A stretch of 63,144 nucleotides of DNA, the filler included, from Lenisia limosa (Eukaryota > Protista > Breviatea), in assembly GCA_001655205.1 (NCBI GenBank). It is 10 parts of 10 records of this genome, joined end to end, with 100 filler letters (N's around TTAATTAATTAA, not from the genome) between each part and the next. Parts side by side here need not be neighbours in the genome. Positions count along the whole stretch, not along the records: positions 1 to 4,369 come from LPNZ01008351.1; positions 4,470 to 26,856 come from LPNZ01010955.1; 8 more parts are not named here. One strand, written 5' to 3'. Position 1 is the first letter of the stretch. Each line of letters opens with the position of its first letter. Positions 1 to 12,352 of this stretch are shown one piece after another. The position numbers and the translations under genes were made by a program. The notes under the pieces are model-generated. The model worked only from the letters and a program-made list of their open reading frames with translations. It was not told the origin of the DNA and ran no database searches.

Positions 1-46
1 CATATTCCTCCTCCCCCCTCCTCCCTCTCCATTTACTCCCCCATAG

Positions 47-2333
47 CCGCAACCGGCCCCACGTATGGCGAAGTCGTCCTCTCGAGACCTCAAGGCAGCC
101 CTGCCGCCCTCTACCAAGCTGTCCGTTTCTGACGCAGCGTTCCAGGAGGAAGTTGACCGGTTGGGCTGGTTGAATTGATCGACTTTCCTTTGAGGGCCCA
201 TTTAAAATGGGTTGGTATTTTTTAGCTTGGTATTTAAAAAGAAAGTGTATAAAGTTGTAAGGCAAATGATGGGTCACTTAATTCCAAAATCTCTTTGATG
301 TTTGGACGGCTTCGGCCAGATACTTACTACCTTATTTGATTTATTAATATTACTTCATCTTACCCATTTACTAGGATCCTGACATTGCAAGAGTCTCTTC
401 CATCAACACCAACAACTCCACATTCAAGAGTAGGCCTACCTTATTTTGAAAATGGAATTCTTCCCAGCTGGCTCGCTTTTTTGAGTGTTTTCTCGTTTTG
501 TTTTTTATAGGTTAACAATTTTTCCCCATATTATTTTCGCACATTGGATTGTGAGAAGGAAAATATTTGAAACGATGGGGTGATATGATGCTACACAATG
601 ATGAATATCCTTAAATCATGACATGACATTTCTTCATTTCTCTCTTACATTGAACGGGATAGTTTATCTGGCTAACGAGCTGTTTTTTTTAGTCCTGTCG
701 CTTAATACATCAGAGGGAAAGACGGCCTGATGTGGAGAATATCGTTCGGAGACTCTGGTGTTGGGAGAATCCCGCCAATCCCCTCAAACGAAGAGGCGGT
801 AGGGGNNNNNNNNNNNNNNNNNNNNNNNNNNNNNNNNNNNNNNNNNNNNNNNNNNNNNNNNNNNNNNNNGAGCCTTTATATATATTATTTGATATCATAT
901 ACTATGATATATCATATAGTATTACTATATTTAGTATATCAATGATATTATATTGTATATAATTATGCCTTTCTAATAACACTTCAGAATTCCTTTATAA
1001 ATGTTTGTTTGTGTTTTTGTTGGTAACCCCTCTTTATTGTCAGTGTTCATTTGAATTGGCTACTTTTACACGTTACAGAAGAGAACTCAGAGGATTCCAA
1101 ACGCTTCAAAGATGAAAATGGACAAGTGTCTGTGGGGCCTTTAATCAATCCCCATATCAACCATTTCCAACGTTTCTCACAGCTTAGACCAAAGCCGAAT
1201 CTGATGGAGGTTTCAACTAAAAGATCGTTCCACCCTATCAAGGAGCACAGATGGTTTTGCCCTTGTGAGCTTCCTGCGATTTCGTCATTTTCCTCATGAT
1301 ATTTTCCTCAGCTTTTTTTTTAAAATAAAAACATTTACATTAAAAATTACTCCAATCTTATTTAGAATCCAAATATGCGAGTATCAGTTGAAAGATGTTT
1401 TGTGGGTCATTGTTCTCTTGCATTAACATCCCAGGGATACATGTCCATCAGTCTTATGGCCCGGTTCCAAAAGAGCACACGGAGGACTTGAAGGATTTCA
1501 CAAGTAAGTTCTATTTACGAAAGAACTAACGCTTCCCTTTGTCACGCAAAAAAAGGACCGAAAAATCCCGATATTTGTCGTTCTGAGAACGAAGTTAAGC
1601 CGTTGAAATAGCAAAGCACCAAGCGTATTCCATTTCCTCATGATACCTTATGGGATTTTCTGCTCATCCCTTCAGACAATGAGATGGTGAATTGGGCGAA
1701 AGTGTCAGAGCAACCACGAGTATCAAATGGTAGGAATTGCTAGCATATGATCTGACACCGTTTGGTATTTTTGTACTGAATGAAACATATTGTTAAATTT
1801 ATACGTTTATGACTGTGATTGAGTTTACTTTTCAGTTTACGACTTAATCCCCCGAAAGTGTCTCTCCGGATGGCGCCAAGTGGTATGTTGAAGAATGTTC
1901 TTTACCATGTGCTACGATTTTGTTTTCTTTCCCATCTCAACCTATATCTTTCACCTATTCTTATCACCTAACAAATTTATGAAGATGTTGCACACGACGA
2001 ATGAGAAGATATTTAATCCTTGAACATTTCCAGTTTAACTTTGTCCAGATTTCAGCGGCAATCGACACAAGATGGAGAGGAGGTGCACCCAAGCCCCTTG
2101 GCAGAATGGTTAGATTCCCAATAATAAGATTGTTACTATGCTACCATTATGGTTGTTTGTAAAAAATGGTTATGCAACAGACAAACGGTTTTATTTCTCC
2201 CAGTTTTCCAAATTTTTAAGAGAAAAAAGACAACATTGTTACAATACAGAATTCCGCTTTGAATCGCATGTCGACAGCAAAACAGTCCTTGGAAGCTGCT
2301 GAAGCAAGACTACTGGAATTCGAGTCTACTCTT
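47..2333 (+). CDS. Partial multi-exon gene or gene remnant of unknown function
   Basis: AG/GT-bounded GC-richer blocks translate openly: PQPAPRMAKSSSRDLKAALPPSTKLSVSDAAFQEEVDR (47-~158), DPDIARVSSINTNNSTFK, EENSEDSKRFKDENGQVSVGPLINPH..., YDLIPRKCLSGWRQV, NSALNRMSTAKQSLEAAEARLLEFESTL. No recognisable domain; some blocks do not phase cleanly. Confidence 0.35.
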
Positions 2334-4133
2334 GTAAGCAACAAAGGGCTCTTGAAATAAATTTGGAAACTTGAAAGTCATTTTGGACGTCATCAAGATA
2401 GTGTATAATCCAAGATGTATCTTTTTTGAAGGTGCTAACGTTGTGATGTAGAAGCAATCCGCAGAATCAGCAGGGTTTTCCACTCAAACTGCCACGGATG
2501 GACTGACACCTCGACTTCCTCCCCCTCCCAAGCCCTCTCCCCATCGCCTTCGGTTGGGGGAGGTGAAGGGTGACGGAAACAGGATGATGATATTGGGAGG
2601 GGAGGGGTGGAAAGGTGGTGCTGATGTTAGGTGGGAGGTGAAGGAAATCGAGGATGGAAAAAGAAAGGGTACTTTTTTGGACTGGAAATATAATGCGTGA
2701 CAGCTCAGAAAATGAGTCCGTGCAATTAACTCAAAATTTTATTTCAAAATTGAAAGATATTTTGTGCAAGAACTTTATTTTGTTTCCTCAAACAGTTAAT
2801 TGCACGGTTTTAGACAATAAACTGTTTAGAATTCCTCTCGCTGCTGCTGCCACTGCGTGTTCCATTGCTGCTTCTTCAGCGTCTCCTCCTATCTGTGGGA
2901 TTTGATTTGGGATTCACTTTGGTCTGACAAAAACCAGTCTTGGATGAGGATGTTTCTATATATAGATCATAACAGTAGGCAGTATCTGGCCGAATTCGTC
3001 CACATCATCACGCTGATAGAATATTTGATTATAGTAGTCATTATTCCCAAGTCAAGCGTTGTTTTGAATTTGCCAATAATGTAAAGCCATTTGTGCGGTT
3101 TTGAAAAACACCATTCTTGGATAATTCCGCAAGATAGTTTTCCATCTAAAACAGCTTCGGGAAGAAAAAATGCCCATTTTCCTTACTTCCGGGGTTGTTC
3201 CAATTGTAGACGTTTTTGGGCTTCGCTTTTTTTTTCTCTTTTTTTTTTTTTACCTTTTTGGGGTTTAAACACGATATTTGAGGAATTTGAATAATTTAAG
3301 TGACTACGCACACAAAACACTGCCTTCTTGTCAAGTTGGCCTCATATAGCCTCGGTTACGCACATTCCAGCCCATTTTTCCTCATTTATAGAATTTCCAT
3401 ATTGGAGCTGTTTCTCATGAATATTTACCCTGTGGAATTAACAACTGCACTTATATTTTCCTTTTGTTTCCCAAATTCAAACAACGATTGGCTCACCTTA
3501 ACAATTATGATGCAAATGCAGATAACCTTGTGCGAATGATGATAAGTGAATATGATAGGTGAATCTCTCCAATGGCTTCACTAACGCCCTTCAGCACTTC
3601 CATCCTCCCTTCCCCTTCCATGGACTGCTGATCCCCCTCCCGCTCTCATGATGCCCACACATTCAAATCCAGGCATTTGTGGCAACAGGTTTACGGGTTT
3701 ATGAAGAAACCAAGCAATATTATCCTTTCTCAGATTCCAATTATACAGTAATATTATAAAGCCCATTCTCCCCACCTCGTCCCACTCCTCCAACCCTCTC
3801 CCACGAGAGTACAAACGTCGTGTTTTCTTTTTGAATGGCAGCAATATCCAGTGCACACTTGACTATTCAGGTGGATGAAGTGTCAGTGTGAGATACCGTG
3901 CTCGCCCCCCTTAGACTGCAGCACTTGGGAGGAAGTGTTCTACGCAACAAAAGACCCTCTAAGTAAGCTGTGTTTAGTTCGAGATTCTTTTTCTCTTTTT
4001 CTTTACGTTTTGTTTTCTCTGTTTCAAAAACAATACGTTGCTCACTCTCTGGTTGAATGGACTTGTTTGACACTTAATGGATACAATATCGTATTCTAAT
4101 GACGATTTCATTTCATTTTTTATATTCAATACC

Positions 4134-4231
4134 TAGGCCTTCACTTCGGTTAGAAAAGAAGGATAAATATCGATATTTAACGAAGATTTATCGAGAAATT
4201 TAGTCTTTTTTTGAACCGAAGTGAAGCCCTA
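4134..4231. mobile_element. hAT-type MITE copy
   Basis: TAGGCCTTCACTTCGGTT...GAACCGAAGTGAAGCCCTA inverted termini; flanks TCAATACC/TCAATCTC (6/8 degraded TSD). Confidence 0.8.
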
Positions 4232-4369
4232 TCAATCTCCCCTCCCCTCATCCCCAAGAATTCCTCCAGAGGGTCCTGGCGTATCATCGCGTGTGTGAAC
4301 TACGCGCACATGGCGTGGTGACTACTGTGCGCCCCCCGCAGCTCATGCGGCCACCTAATCCTGCAACCG

Positions 4370-4469
4370 NNNNNNNNNNNNNNNNNNNNNNNNNNNNNNN
4401 NNNNNNNNNNNNNTTAATTAATTAANNNNNNNNNNNNNNNNNNNNNNNNNNNNNNNNNNNNNNNNNNNN
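4370..4469. other. Artificial scaffold spacer (44N-TTAATTAATTAA-44N)
   Basis: Six-frame-stop linker centred in a 100-nt N block. Identical spacers at 26857-26956, 29096-29195, 33541-33640, 35888-35987, 37692-37791, 53863-53962, 56646-56745 and 58903-59002. Confidence 0.97.
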
Positions 4470-5395
4470 GACTTTTACTCTTTCTAACTTCCAATCGAAG
4501 CCATTCCAAATTATGCTGTGCCTGAACTGTGTTACAACAGCTATTACAATATGGCATATCATCATAGCACCGTGAATAAGTAACAATGATTGACACGAGC
4601 CTCACAGACAAACCTTATCATTGAGTAAGTTGAAATCTAAAACACCTAGATGAGGTTATCACTGTATAATGACTTTAGAATGATTGTTGTACTGGCAAGT
4701 AAATAAGATTTTGTATCTGCAGTACATGTTAGAAGTACTGAATAGCCAATTTCTCCGCTTTCACACCAATCATCCACATATGGATCTTTAAGTCGCTTAA
4801 GTAATACCTGCCTTGATTGTAGCACGAAGAAGCCCTTTTAATCTATAAAGTTAGTTAATAGGGTTGTTGGGGTTCAAACAACTCGCATTGCGGAAATAAA
4901 GAAGAATNNNNNNNNNNTCGCTTTCACACCAATCATCCACATATGGATCTTGAAGTCGCTTAAGTAATACCTACCTTGATTGTAGCACGAAGAAGCCCTT
5001 TTAATCTATAAAGTTAATAGGGTTGTTGGGGTTCAAACAACTCGCATTGCGGAAATAAAGAAGAATACATACACCTCAAATCCATATTATACATTTTGAC
5101 CAATATGACAGTCATACCGTTTCTGATGGTTCTTCTTTGCGTTAAAAGGTCATCGATAAAGACGCCGACAGTCGAAGGCTATCAAGTTTGTTCATAGTGT
5201 TGTTGGAGTTGTATCGATACAGAANNNNNNNNNNGCAAATCCATATTATACATTTTAACCAATATGACAGTCATACCGTTTCTGATTTTTCTTCTTTGCG
5301 TTAAAGGGTCATCGATAAAGACACCGACAGTCGAAGGCTATCAAGTTTGTTCATAGTGTTGTTGGAGTTGTATCGATACAGAATTTGATTCTACG

Positions 5396-5676
5396 TATTA
5401 ACGTGGCTTTTTTGGAATTGACTTTTGTAACAACAAATACTCGTTAATCAGGAATAAAAGGGGAAAGTATTAGAAAAAAAAACCATGAAAAGGGAATGAA
5501 CTGGACTATTAAGAGACTACTTCTGGAAAATTCCAAAAAAATATTAAAAATAATTTGTTCGAAAACTGTGTTTTGGGGTTGAAAAGACAAAATTCCAGTG
5601 CTACGTCAAGCTACGGCCGTCAATTTGACCAAAAAGGCAAAAAATAGGGGTATTTGAAAAAGTGCCCACAGTTATG
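5396..5676. repeat. ~280-bp dispersed repeat, probable transposon terminus (copy 1)
   Basis: Near-identical to 11791-12064. Both end abruptly at ...GAAAAAGTGCCCACAGTTATG and then diverge (GTCACC vs TATATC). Confidence 0.75.
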
Positions 5677-5712
5677 GTCACCTATGTATTATACGATATA
5701 CTAATGTGACAT

Positions 5713-5774
5713 GATAATACCTTTGGTGCTGGATGCTTTATTTGATAATACCTTTGGTGCTGGATGCTTTATTT
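5713..5774. repeat. 31-bp tandem duplication
   Basis: GATAATACCTTTGGTGCTGGATGCTTTATTT occurs twice head-to-tail. Confidence 0.9.
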
Positions 5775-5846
5775 GAAACTCACGTCAAATGTGATATTGT
5801 CGTCACGCTGCAAGTTAGCGCAGGGTTGCCCTGACTCACCCTCCAG

Positions 5847-6295
5847 ATTCCATCGACTGCCCACCGACGGTTCCTGAAAGCCCAGTACCAAAACGAGAAA
5901 CCGGGTATTCCGGGGAGCTAGCAGACGAAATCTCGGAACTCTACCCCATGATGAAAGTGACAGCCCCGAGCACTGCAACGCTGGTTACCACGTCCATGCT
6001 GAGGCAGCACGATTCCCTGCCCCCCATGTCGCCAACGGGGTCGGACCGAAGCACTGACGAAGATGAGCCGAAACAGTCAGCCTCGAGTCTTGCGTCTCTG
6101 TCACCGCGGCTGCATCCAACATCGTCTTTGAAGGACGCGTCCCCTCGAACGCCGTCTCCGGGCTCACTATCCGACCGGACTATCCGACATGCCGGTCAGA
6201 GCAAGAACCGGCTGCGGTCGCCGTTGAAGGCGTCTAAAATCGTAACCACACCCACGGCTCTGGTGTCACGTGATTGGTGGCCGGAACTTGTCATG
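5847..6295 (+). CDS. Large Ser/Pro-rich low-complexity exon of an unknown gene
   Basis: CTGAC...CTCCAG acceptor; ~150 open codons (DSIDCPPTVPESPVPKRETG...RDWWPELVM); donor GTGGGGAGGGGGG; GC-rich. Confidence 0.6.
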
Positions 6296-7746
6296 GTGGG
6301 GAGGGGGGCATTTTAGTGAGGTGCCAGCATCTTTCAGTCGTTTCTTTATATTTTGATTGATATTTGCTTCATGATTTCGTTTTGGGCATACATTTAGTGT
6401 TTGATTTGCATGATACACTCTTCCAGCAGTATTACATTTTACTTTTCCGAGGAATAGAATCCAATATTTTCGGGCTTCGCGTCAAAAAACAATGTTCAAT
6501 TTATCCTTTTACCCCCCCCCCCCCCNNNNNNNNNNNNNNNNNNNNNNNNNNNNNNNNNNNNNNNNNNNNNNNNNNNNNNNNNNNNNNNNNNNNNNNNNNN
6601 NNNGCAGCCACTTTAGCCGGCTTAGACTCTTTCGACTGCAAAGCCTTCTTCTCAGCCTTCCTACAATCCACGCTTCTTGCTTGTAGGCTGAGCTCTTCGG
6701 TTTAATTTCTCATTGTCGCAGCTGCACTTGTTAATTCGCCGATTGGAGTGCATTTGGTCAGTCATATCGTCATCTCTCAAAAAGTGACCCCAAGTAAGCT
6801 TCAATCTGTAATTTTTGAATCAGATTAATGTCCTTGACCCCTCCCCCCATCTCCAAAGATTATTTTATATCCCAGAGCAAATCACCGAACTTGTGGCAAT
6901 GCATTCGACAAAGTACCTGATTGAAGTCATCCAAATTGTTACAAACCATGAAGCTAAGAATACATGTTGGGGGATGAAGCCATTTGCTAGTGTATTGCTA
7001 CGCTATTTCCCCTTTATCTTTATGATAAAGGGCTCTCCTTTGGTTAACTGCAAAAACTCAGCCTTTGTTGAAAACCATTGGGAAGCCCCATAAAATGTAT
7101 CCTTTATAGTATAAGATTAGATTCATCAGTATTTTGCACCTCCAACTTCACAGCAAGTTCGGAAGTCGGGACATTACTTCGGGGTAACAGCGGGGTGACC
7201 AGGTTTCTCACTGCCGCTGTGGTGCACACCGGAGCAGAGTGGTTTGCGAAGCTGCTCCGAAAGCCAACCGGGGCGATTCTTCAGGACCATGGAGTGCCGC
7301 TCGAGGTGGGGATCGTCAGGTGCTGAGAATAGGGGTTTTTTTTTTATTATTGTGATTAAGAAGTTAAACATTTTGTGATTTATCGTTATCCTAAGACTTG
7401 AACGGAATAATAACTGCAGATTGACCCTTCTCTTGGGGAGGAGGCGAACATTTCAAATGTCAAGCCTATTTTGGACTCCTTCCTTGGCCTTCTCGACTCA
7501 AACCTTGACACGCCACCCGTGTATGCTTCTATCCACTACGTATTTCTTTCCAATATCTAACATTTGTAATGGCATCAGTGGCTGCAAACTTTCATTATTT
7601 ACTACATAATTTGTCAACTCTATACATTATAATGGTTCAAGGTATGCAGAAACAACTTGCTATACAAACCCGCATGTGTTTTTGATGTTAAGCTAATAGA
7701 GTTAATATATGAATGGATTAGTTTTTATATTAACACCCACCCAGAA

Positions 7747-9369
7747 ATCTCGTGCATGTGCTACGCGCAATCATGGAGAATGTATCAATGTATCATAGTC
7801 AACAGGTTAGCGTGCCCACACTTCCAGCTGTTTTTTTTGAAGTAATAGTTGTGTCAGGGATAGAAAGAATACTGATTCCCTATCATAGCATGAGCTTTCA
7901 CCAATCGATACTCATTCTCATTATATCATCGCATTTTATTTATGTCATTCACCAAGGCTCTGGACGTGACAACGCATATTGTTTGGTTGCGCGTGATTCT
8001 GCCGATAATCGTATCGCTGCCCAAGTCAAAAAACATGCCGCCAAACCACCCCTCTCATCGAACTGCTGGTGAGCCGCAGCACACTGTCAACTTCATTTCA
8101 CTGTTCTTGACGTTTTAGTTATCGTGTCAGCGATTCTACAGAAATTCACAGCTGGGACTGAGTGAGAGGGGGAATTTATGGATAATATTGTGAATTGTCA
8201 TAACAGAGGGATATTATATACAAATAACTTTGGAAGTGGCGAGAGCTCAAAAATAATCTCGGAATATAAGGACGAAACTTTTAACCAAGTAGGTTCGGTC
8301 CATCGAATGGTCTTGCTGCTGGGAACTCGTGGATCACAACTGCCTCACCTCCCATGCAAGATGCTGTGTTCAAACTCGTGCATTCGGTTAGAAATGAGGC
8401 TTTAAGGTCTTTTTTGGACTTCATTTTGCCGTGTATTTTTTTACCCTATTATTATTATACCACAAACAAATCTAATAATTCAGCCCCAATTTTGCTGCGA
8501 CACCACTCCTCTTTCTGAAGACTATGGTTTGTTTCGGTGTATTTCCTTCATATTTGAAAACGTTATTTGCTAAGAGAAGTGGTTATTGTCCAATCTGTGG
8601 TGCAAGCTGACTAATGTTATAGAACTGTCGTCTTCCGATGCGCTTGACGCCTTAAGGAATGGCCTTCAGACGGTCCCCTTCCCCAAATAGTGTTTCTAAT
8701 TGTCGTTCTTTGTTTTCTTTCATATGATATGTGGTTTGTTTTTTGTTTTTTGTTGTGATGATCCAGTTTAGTTAGGTGTACTGTTCTAATTTGAAAGTAG
8801 TTGTATCCCAGTGCGATTCAAGTTCAAGAGGTTTTTGTTGTCAAATTCAGCTCGATTCTTAAACGAAAAATAAAAAATGTATTAATTATTGGATACTACA
8901 CACACCTAATCCTTCCAGGCTTTAATATTTACAACATTTATTGATAAAAAAAACTTCGATGTGCGCGGCGGGGGGGGNNNNNNNNNNNNNNNNNNNNNNN
9001 NNNNNNNNNNNNNNNNNNNNNNNNNNNNNNNNNNNNNNNNNNNNNNNNNNNNNNNNNNNNNNNNNNNNNNNNNNNNNNNNNNNNNNNNNNNNNNNNNNNN
9101 NNNNNNNNNNNACTTGGAACATTTCATTGGGGGGGTGGGGGGTGGTGGGGATATCAACATTTAACTCTCTGAATGGTCTCAGAATATTCTCCTTGCTCTT
9201 TAGCTCTATATTCTTTGTCCCAAAGTCTGTCTCACACTCAGCAGAGCACATGGGTAAGAAGTTCAAGAAGCGTAGTGTTGCCGTTCAGGGTCAGGTGGCA
9301 GAGAAGACATTGTCAAAGAATGATGGTGCTAATAAAAGTCAGGGTAGGAAGGGGGGCAGAAGAAGGTGA
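7747..9369 (+). CDS. Multi-exon gene of unknown function with basic C-terminus
   Basis: Spliceable blocks NLVHVLRAIMEN, GSGRDNAYCLVARDSADNRIAAQVKK, FGPSNGLAAGNSWITTASPPMQDAVFKLVHSVRNEAL, ELSSSDALDALRNGLQTVPFPK; terminal exon ...MGKKFKKRS...GRKGGRRR*. Confidence 0.4.
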
Positions 9370-11790
9370 AATGGGATATGCCATGCCGTTTCTTTATTGT
9401 TTAGTACGCGACATTCCAGGGTTTTACTTTTGCGAACAATCAGGCAAGTATTTTGCCATTACAAAAGTGGGCATATATTATTAATAGGTATGTGATTGTA
9501 TGATATATGGTGTTGTTGAATAATATAAGGTTAAATACATATCATTTTTCCATTGCATCAATCAGAATGATATTATATGATATATTCAAATGTATGTGGT
9601 ATTAGTACACAAGGAATAATATTGTAAGGAAAAGCCAGTTTAGTGACTTTTTAGGAGGCCAAAGCAGGTATTAAAGAAAACATCTACGTTGCACCAAATA
9701 AGACAGCTCCAAAGGTGGGTGGATGCGTTTGGAGTGGGTTTTTTTTAGAACACTTCTTGATCGAATAGTATGTATATTACTATCACAGAAGGAGTCCCAC
9801 TATTCACAAAGAAAGAAAGCGCGAAGATTGACTCCTTCTGAGTGTTCACCAAAATTGAACTTTTCTACTGTTCTTTCTCTCAGATTAAGAGAAATTGGGT
9901 ATGCACCTCAGCTTTTTTCATGACATTGCCAACTTTTTCTCATCATTCCTCAATTTACCGAGTTTTGATAAATGTTCAAGAAAGGCATGGACTCCTCCTT
10001 ATCATCCTTATCCTCTTTATTGAAGTTTTAGAAGCAAGAGGGGACAACTTCCTGGATGTTTTTTGGGATGTCAACTGCAGTCTTTCTCTGAGCCCGAAGA
10101 GTGTTGGGGTTTCAAAAATCCTTTGTTATGAAAGGTTTCCAAACAGTAATTTTTTTACAATTATTCTTCTATCTTCTGTTCCAACTAGTTTTTACTCTTT
10201 TTTTTTTTCTCCTTGCCTCATCATCGTAGATAATAGACTCTTGAAATTGAACTGATTTGTCGTCAATACTATGAAGAAACAATTGAGTCTCTGATGGTGA
10301 CTAACACTCAGAGCGTCAAGAGGCTATACCTGGTCTACTGACCCCGGTAAAATGCCGGGAATTGCTGAGGAGAGGTTTTGCGTCAAGGTGCCGCGAGGCT
10401 TCAGAGGAGATCCTCAGAAGCACATTTTTGTCACCAGTGACAGTGCATGGGCTTGGTGAGCTGTAAATGGGATGATTTGGTTCTTTCTTTGAATTTTCTT
10501 TGGGTAGCGTTTCTGTTTCTTTAGTAAGTTATGGTTCAGGAAATTGTCCCGCAAAACTTCCATTGTAGAAGCCAACTGTGTTGCAACGTTCAGTCCGTGG
10601 CAGCCAAATATAACTACCTCAGTGTTGCTCCCTCTTTGTCTCCCGGGAGGTGCCAGCTTGATGTTGGTGGAATAAGTTTTGGTCTTGTATTACATCTCAT
10701 GATGATAGTACACCTTTTTTAAAAAAATTTCTCATTTCTGCGAAATTTAATTTTTCATCATGACTTTAGATGGAGTTCAGGGCGAGATTTGAGCATCACT
10801 TCACTGACTTGTTCGATGCACCACAACATTGAAACTTCAAGAGGCTTCACGGTGGGTAAAGATCTGTTAATATTCGAAAAATTTTGTGTAAAGAGGGACT
10901 TTTCTACTTCACTATTAGTGTTATGACCTTTCACCAAGCCTCTACCTTGCTGCTGGTGTTGCTGCTGGAAAAGGAGGTGTCGGGGTGATCAAATAAATTT
11001 CTTTCTCTTCAAAAATGAAAATAAACATGAGTTGTGGGTGTTGCCTTCTAAATGAATCCGTTATTATTGAGCTCTTTCCTTCACCGTTAGGTACTTTGCG
11101 TTTCTTTGCCGAAGAAATGCGTTACAGTGGTAGTCTTGTGGTCCCATGGACTCGTACACTCAAATGGATTGATAATGTGAGCAATTGAAATCATCTTGGG
11201 GAAGCAAGTAGGAAGCTGTGGGTACGGAGTTTTATGGCAAATTATTGGTTGATTCAGTTGTCACTGTGCTCAATATCTGTTATAAACGTGATGATATAGA
11301 TGGCTTCTTCTTCTATTCTGATGAAATTAGTCCACCTTGGTATACCCGAGTATGAACGGATTGCTTCATATCATTGACAGAAGAAGTCGAAAGTACTCTG
11401 TCTCGCCAATGGTTAACCAGGACACCAAGTTCGTACGAGGGATTGGATAACTTCCGCTATTTAGTTACAGACTTTTATTGCTTTAGAGTGGCCCTTTTGA
11501 CTCATGTATTTCGGGAAACTTCCTGTCACTCTCCTGCATGAATTCAAACGTAAGCTATGCTCTTATTTTCAAACTCTTTCCAAGTAAGAACAATATGACG
11601 GTTTTAGATGGTTTCTTTTGACCTTCGACAAACCCAAAAGCCCCTCTGTGTGTATAGCGGATTTTCGTCTGGAATGTCCGAATCCTCAATCAGCTCAGAG
11701 GGAAACTTATTATTTGCACGTGGGGGGGGGGTCACTGATTTGATTTATCCCTCGCGTCCCCGTTTCCTGTTTTATGATANNNNNNNNNNT

Positions 11791-12064
11791 TATTAACGTG
11801 GCTTTTTTGGATTTGACTTTTGCAACAAATTCTCGTTAATCAGGAATAAAAGGGGAAAGTATTAGAAAAAAACCATGAAAAGGGAATGAACTGGACTATT
11901 AAGAGACTTCTTCTGGAAAATTCCAAAAAAAATGAAAAATAATTTGTTCAAAAACTGTTTTGGGGGTTGAAAAGACAAAATTCCAGTGCTACGTCAAGCT
12001 ACGGCCGTCAATTTGACCAAAAAGGCAAAAAATAGGGGTATTTGAAAAAGTGCCCACAGTTATG
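11791..12064. repeat. ~280-bp dispersed repeat, probable transposon terminus (copy 2)
   Basis: Matches 5396-5676; left end falls in a short N gap. Confidence 0.75.
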
Positions 12065-12352
12065 TATATCTCTTAATAGTACCACATAAGTAAAGAATGG
12101 AAAATCAGAACCCCCCACTTTTAATAGCCCCCCTCCCATAGTTTTAGCTTTTATCATCCATTATGCTCAATTCATAAAACGTATTTGCACTTGGTTGACA
12201 AGGAAAAGTAAACACATCATCATATGAACGCCGGATTAGCTGGTATCTGCTGCTCTATGAGAGAACCGTTTAAACTGTTTTCCAACATAAAATATAAGAT
12301 GGAAATACTAAATATGCAACTTATCACTATCTCAGCTCGTTGCAATTTTCAG

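Noticed and set aside
3581-3870. Ulp1/C48 protease-like words (VHWILLPF..LPQMPGFECVG) on the minus strand
   Set aside because: Upstream in-frame stop, missing catalytic Asp motif and atypical Cys context; too weak to call.
4414-4425. Recurrent TTAATTAATTAA motif (9 copies), superficially like TTAA piggyBac sites
   Set aside because: Always centred in exactly 100 nt with 44 N each side: an assembly linker, not biology.
4751-5383. Two ~150-bp tandem duplications
   Set aside because: Each pair is separated by a ~10-N micro-gap and differs at a few sites, typical of unmerged overlapping contigs or haplotypes.
6604-7330. In-frame TAA/TAG in coding-like stretches, suggesting TAR=Gln
   Set aside because: SDR ends in TAG and RTCA in TAA, and long exons are open in the standard code; these are decayed sequences.
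8906-9160. Many track ORFs made largely of X
   Set aside because: They are open only because N runs contain no stops.
10260-11500. Plus-strand exon chain with P-loop-like LYLAAGVAAGKGT
   Set aside because: Non-canonical Walker A, an in-frame TGA and a frameshift; no supporting Walker B; left unassigned.
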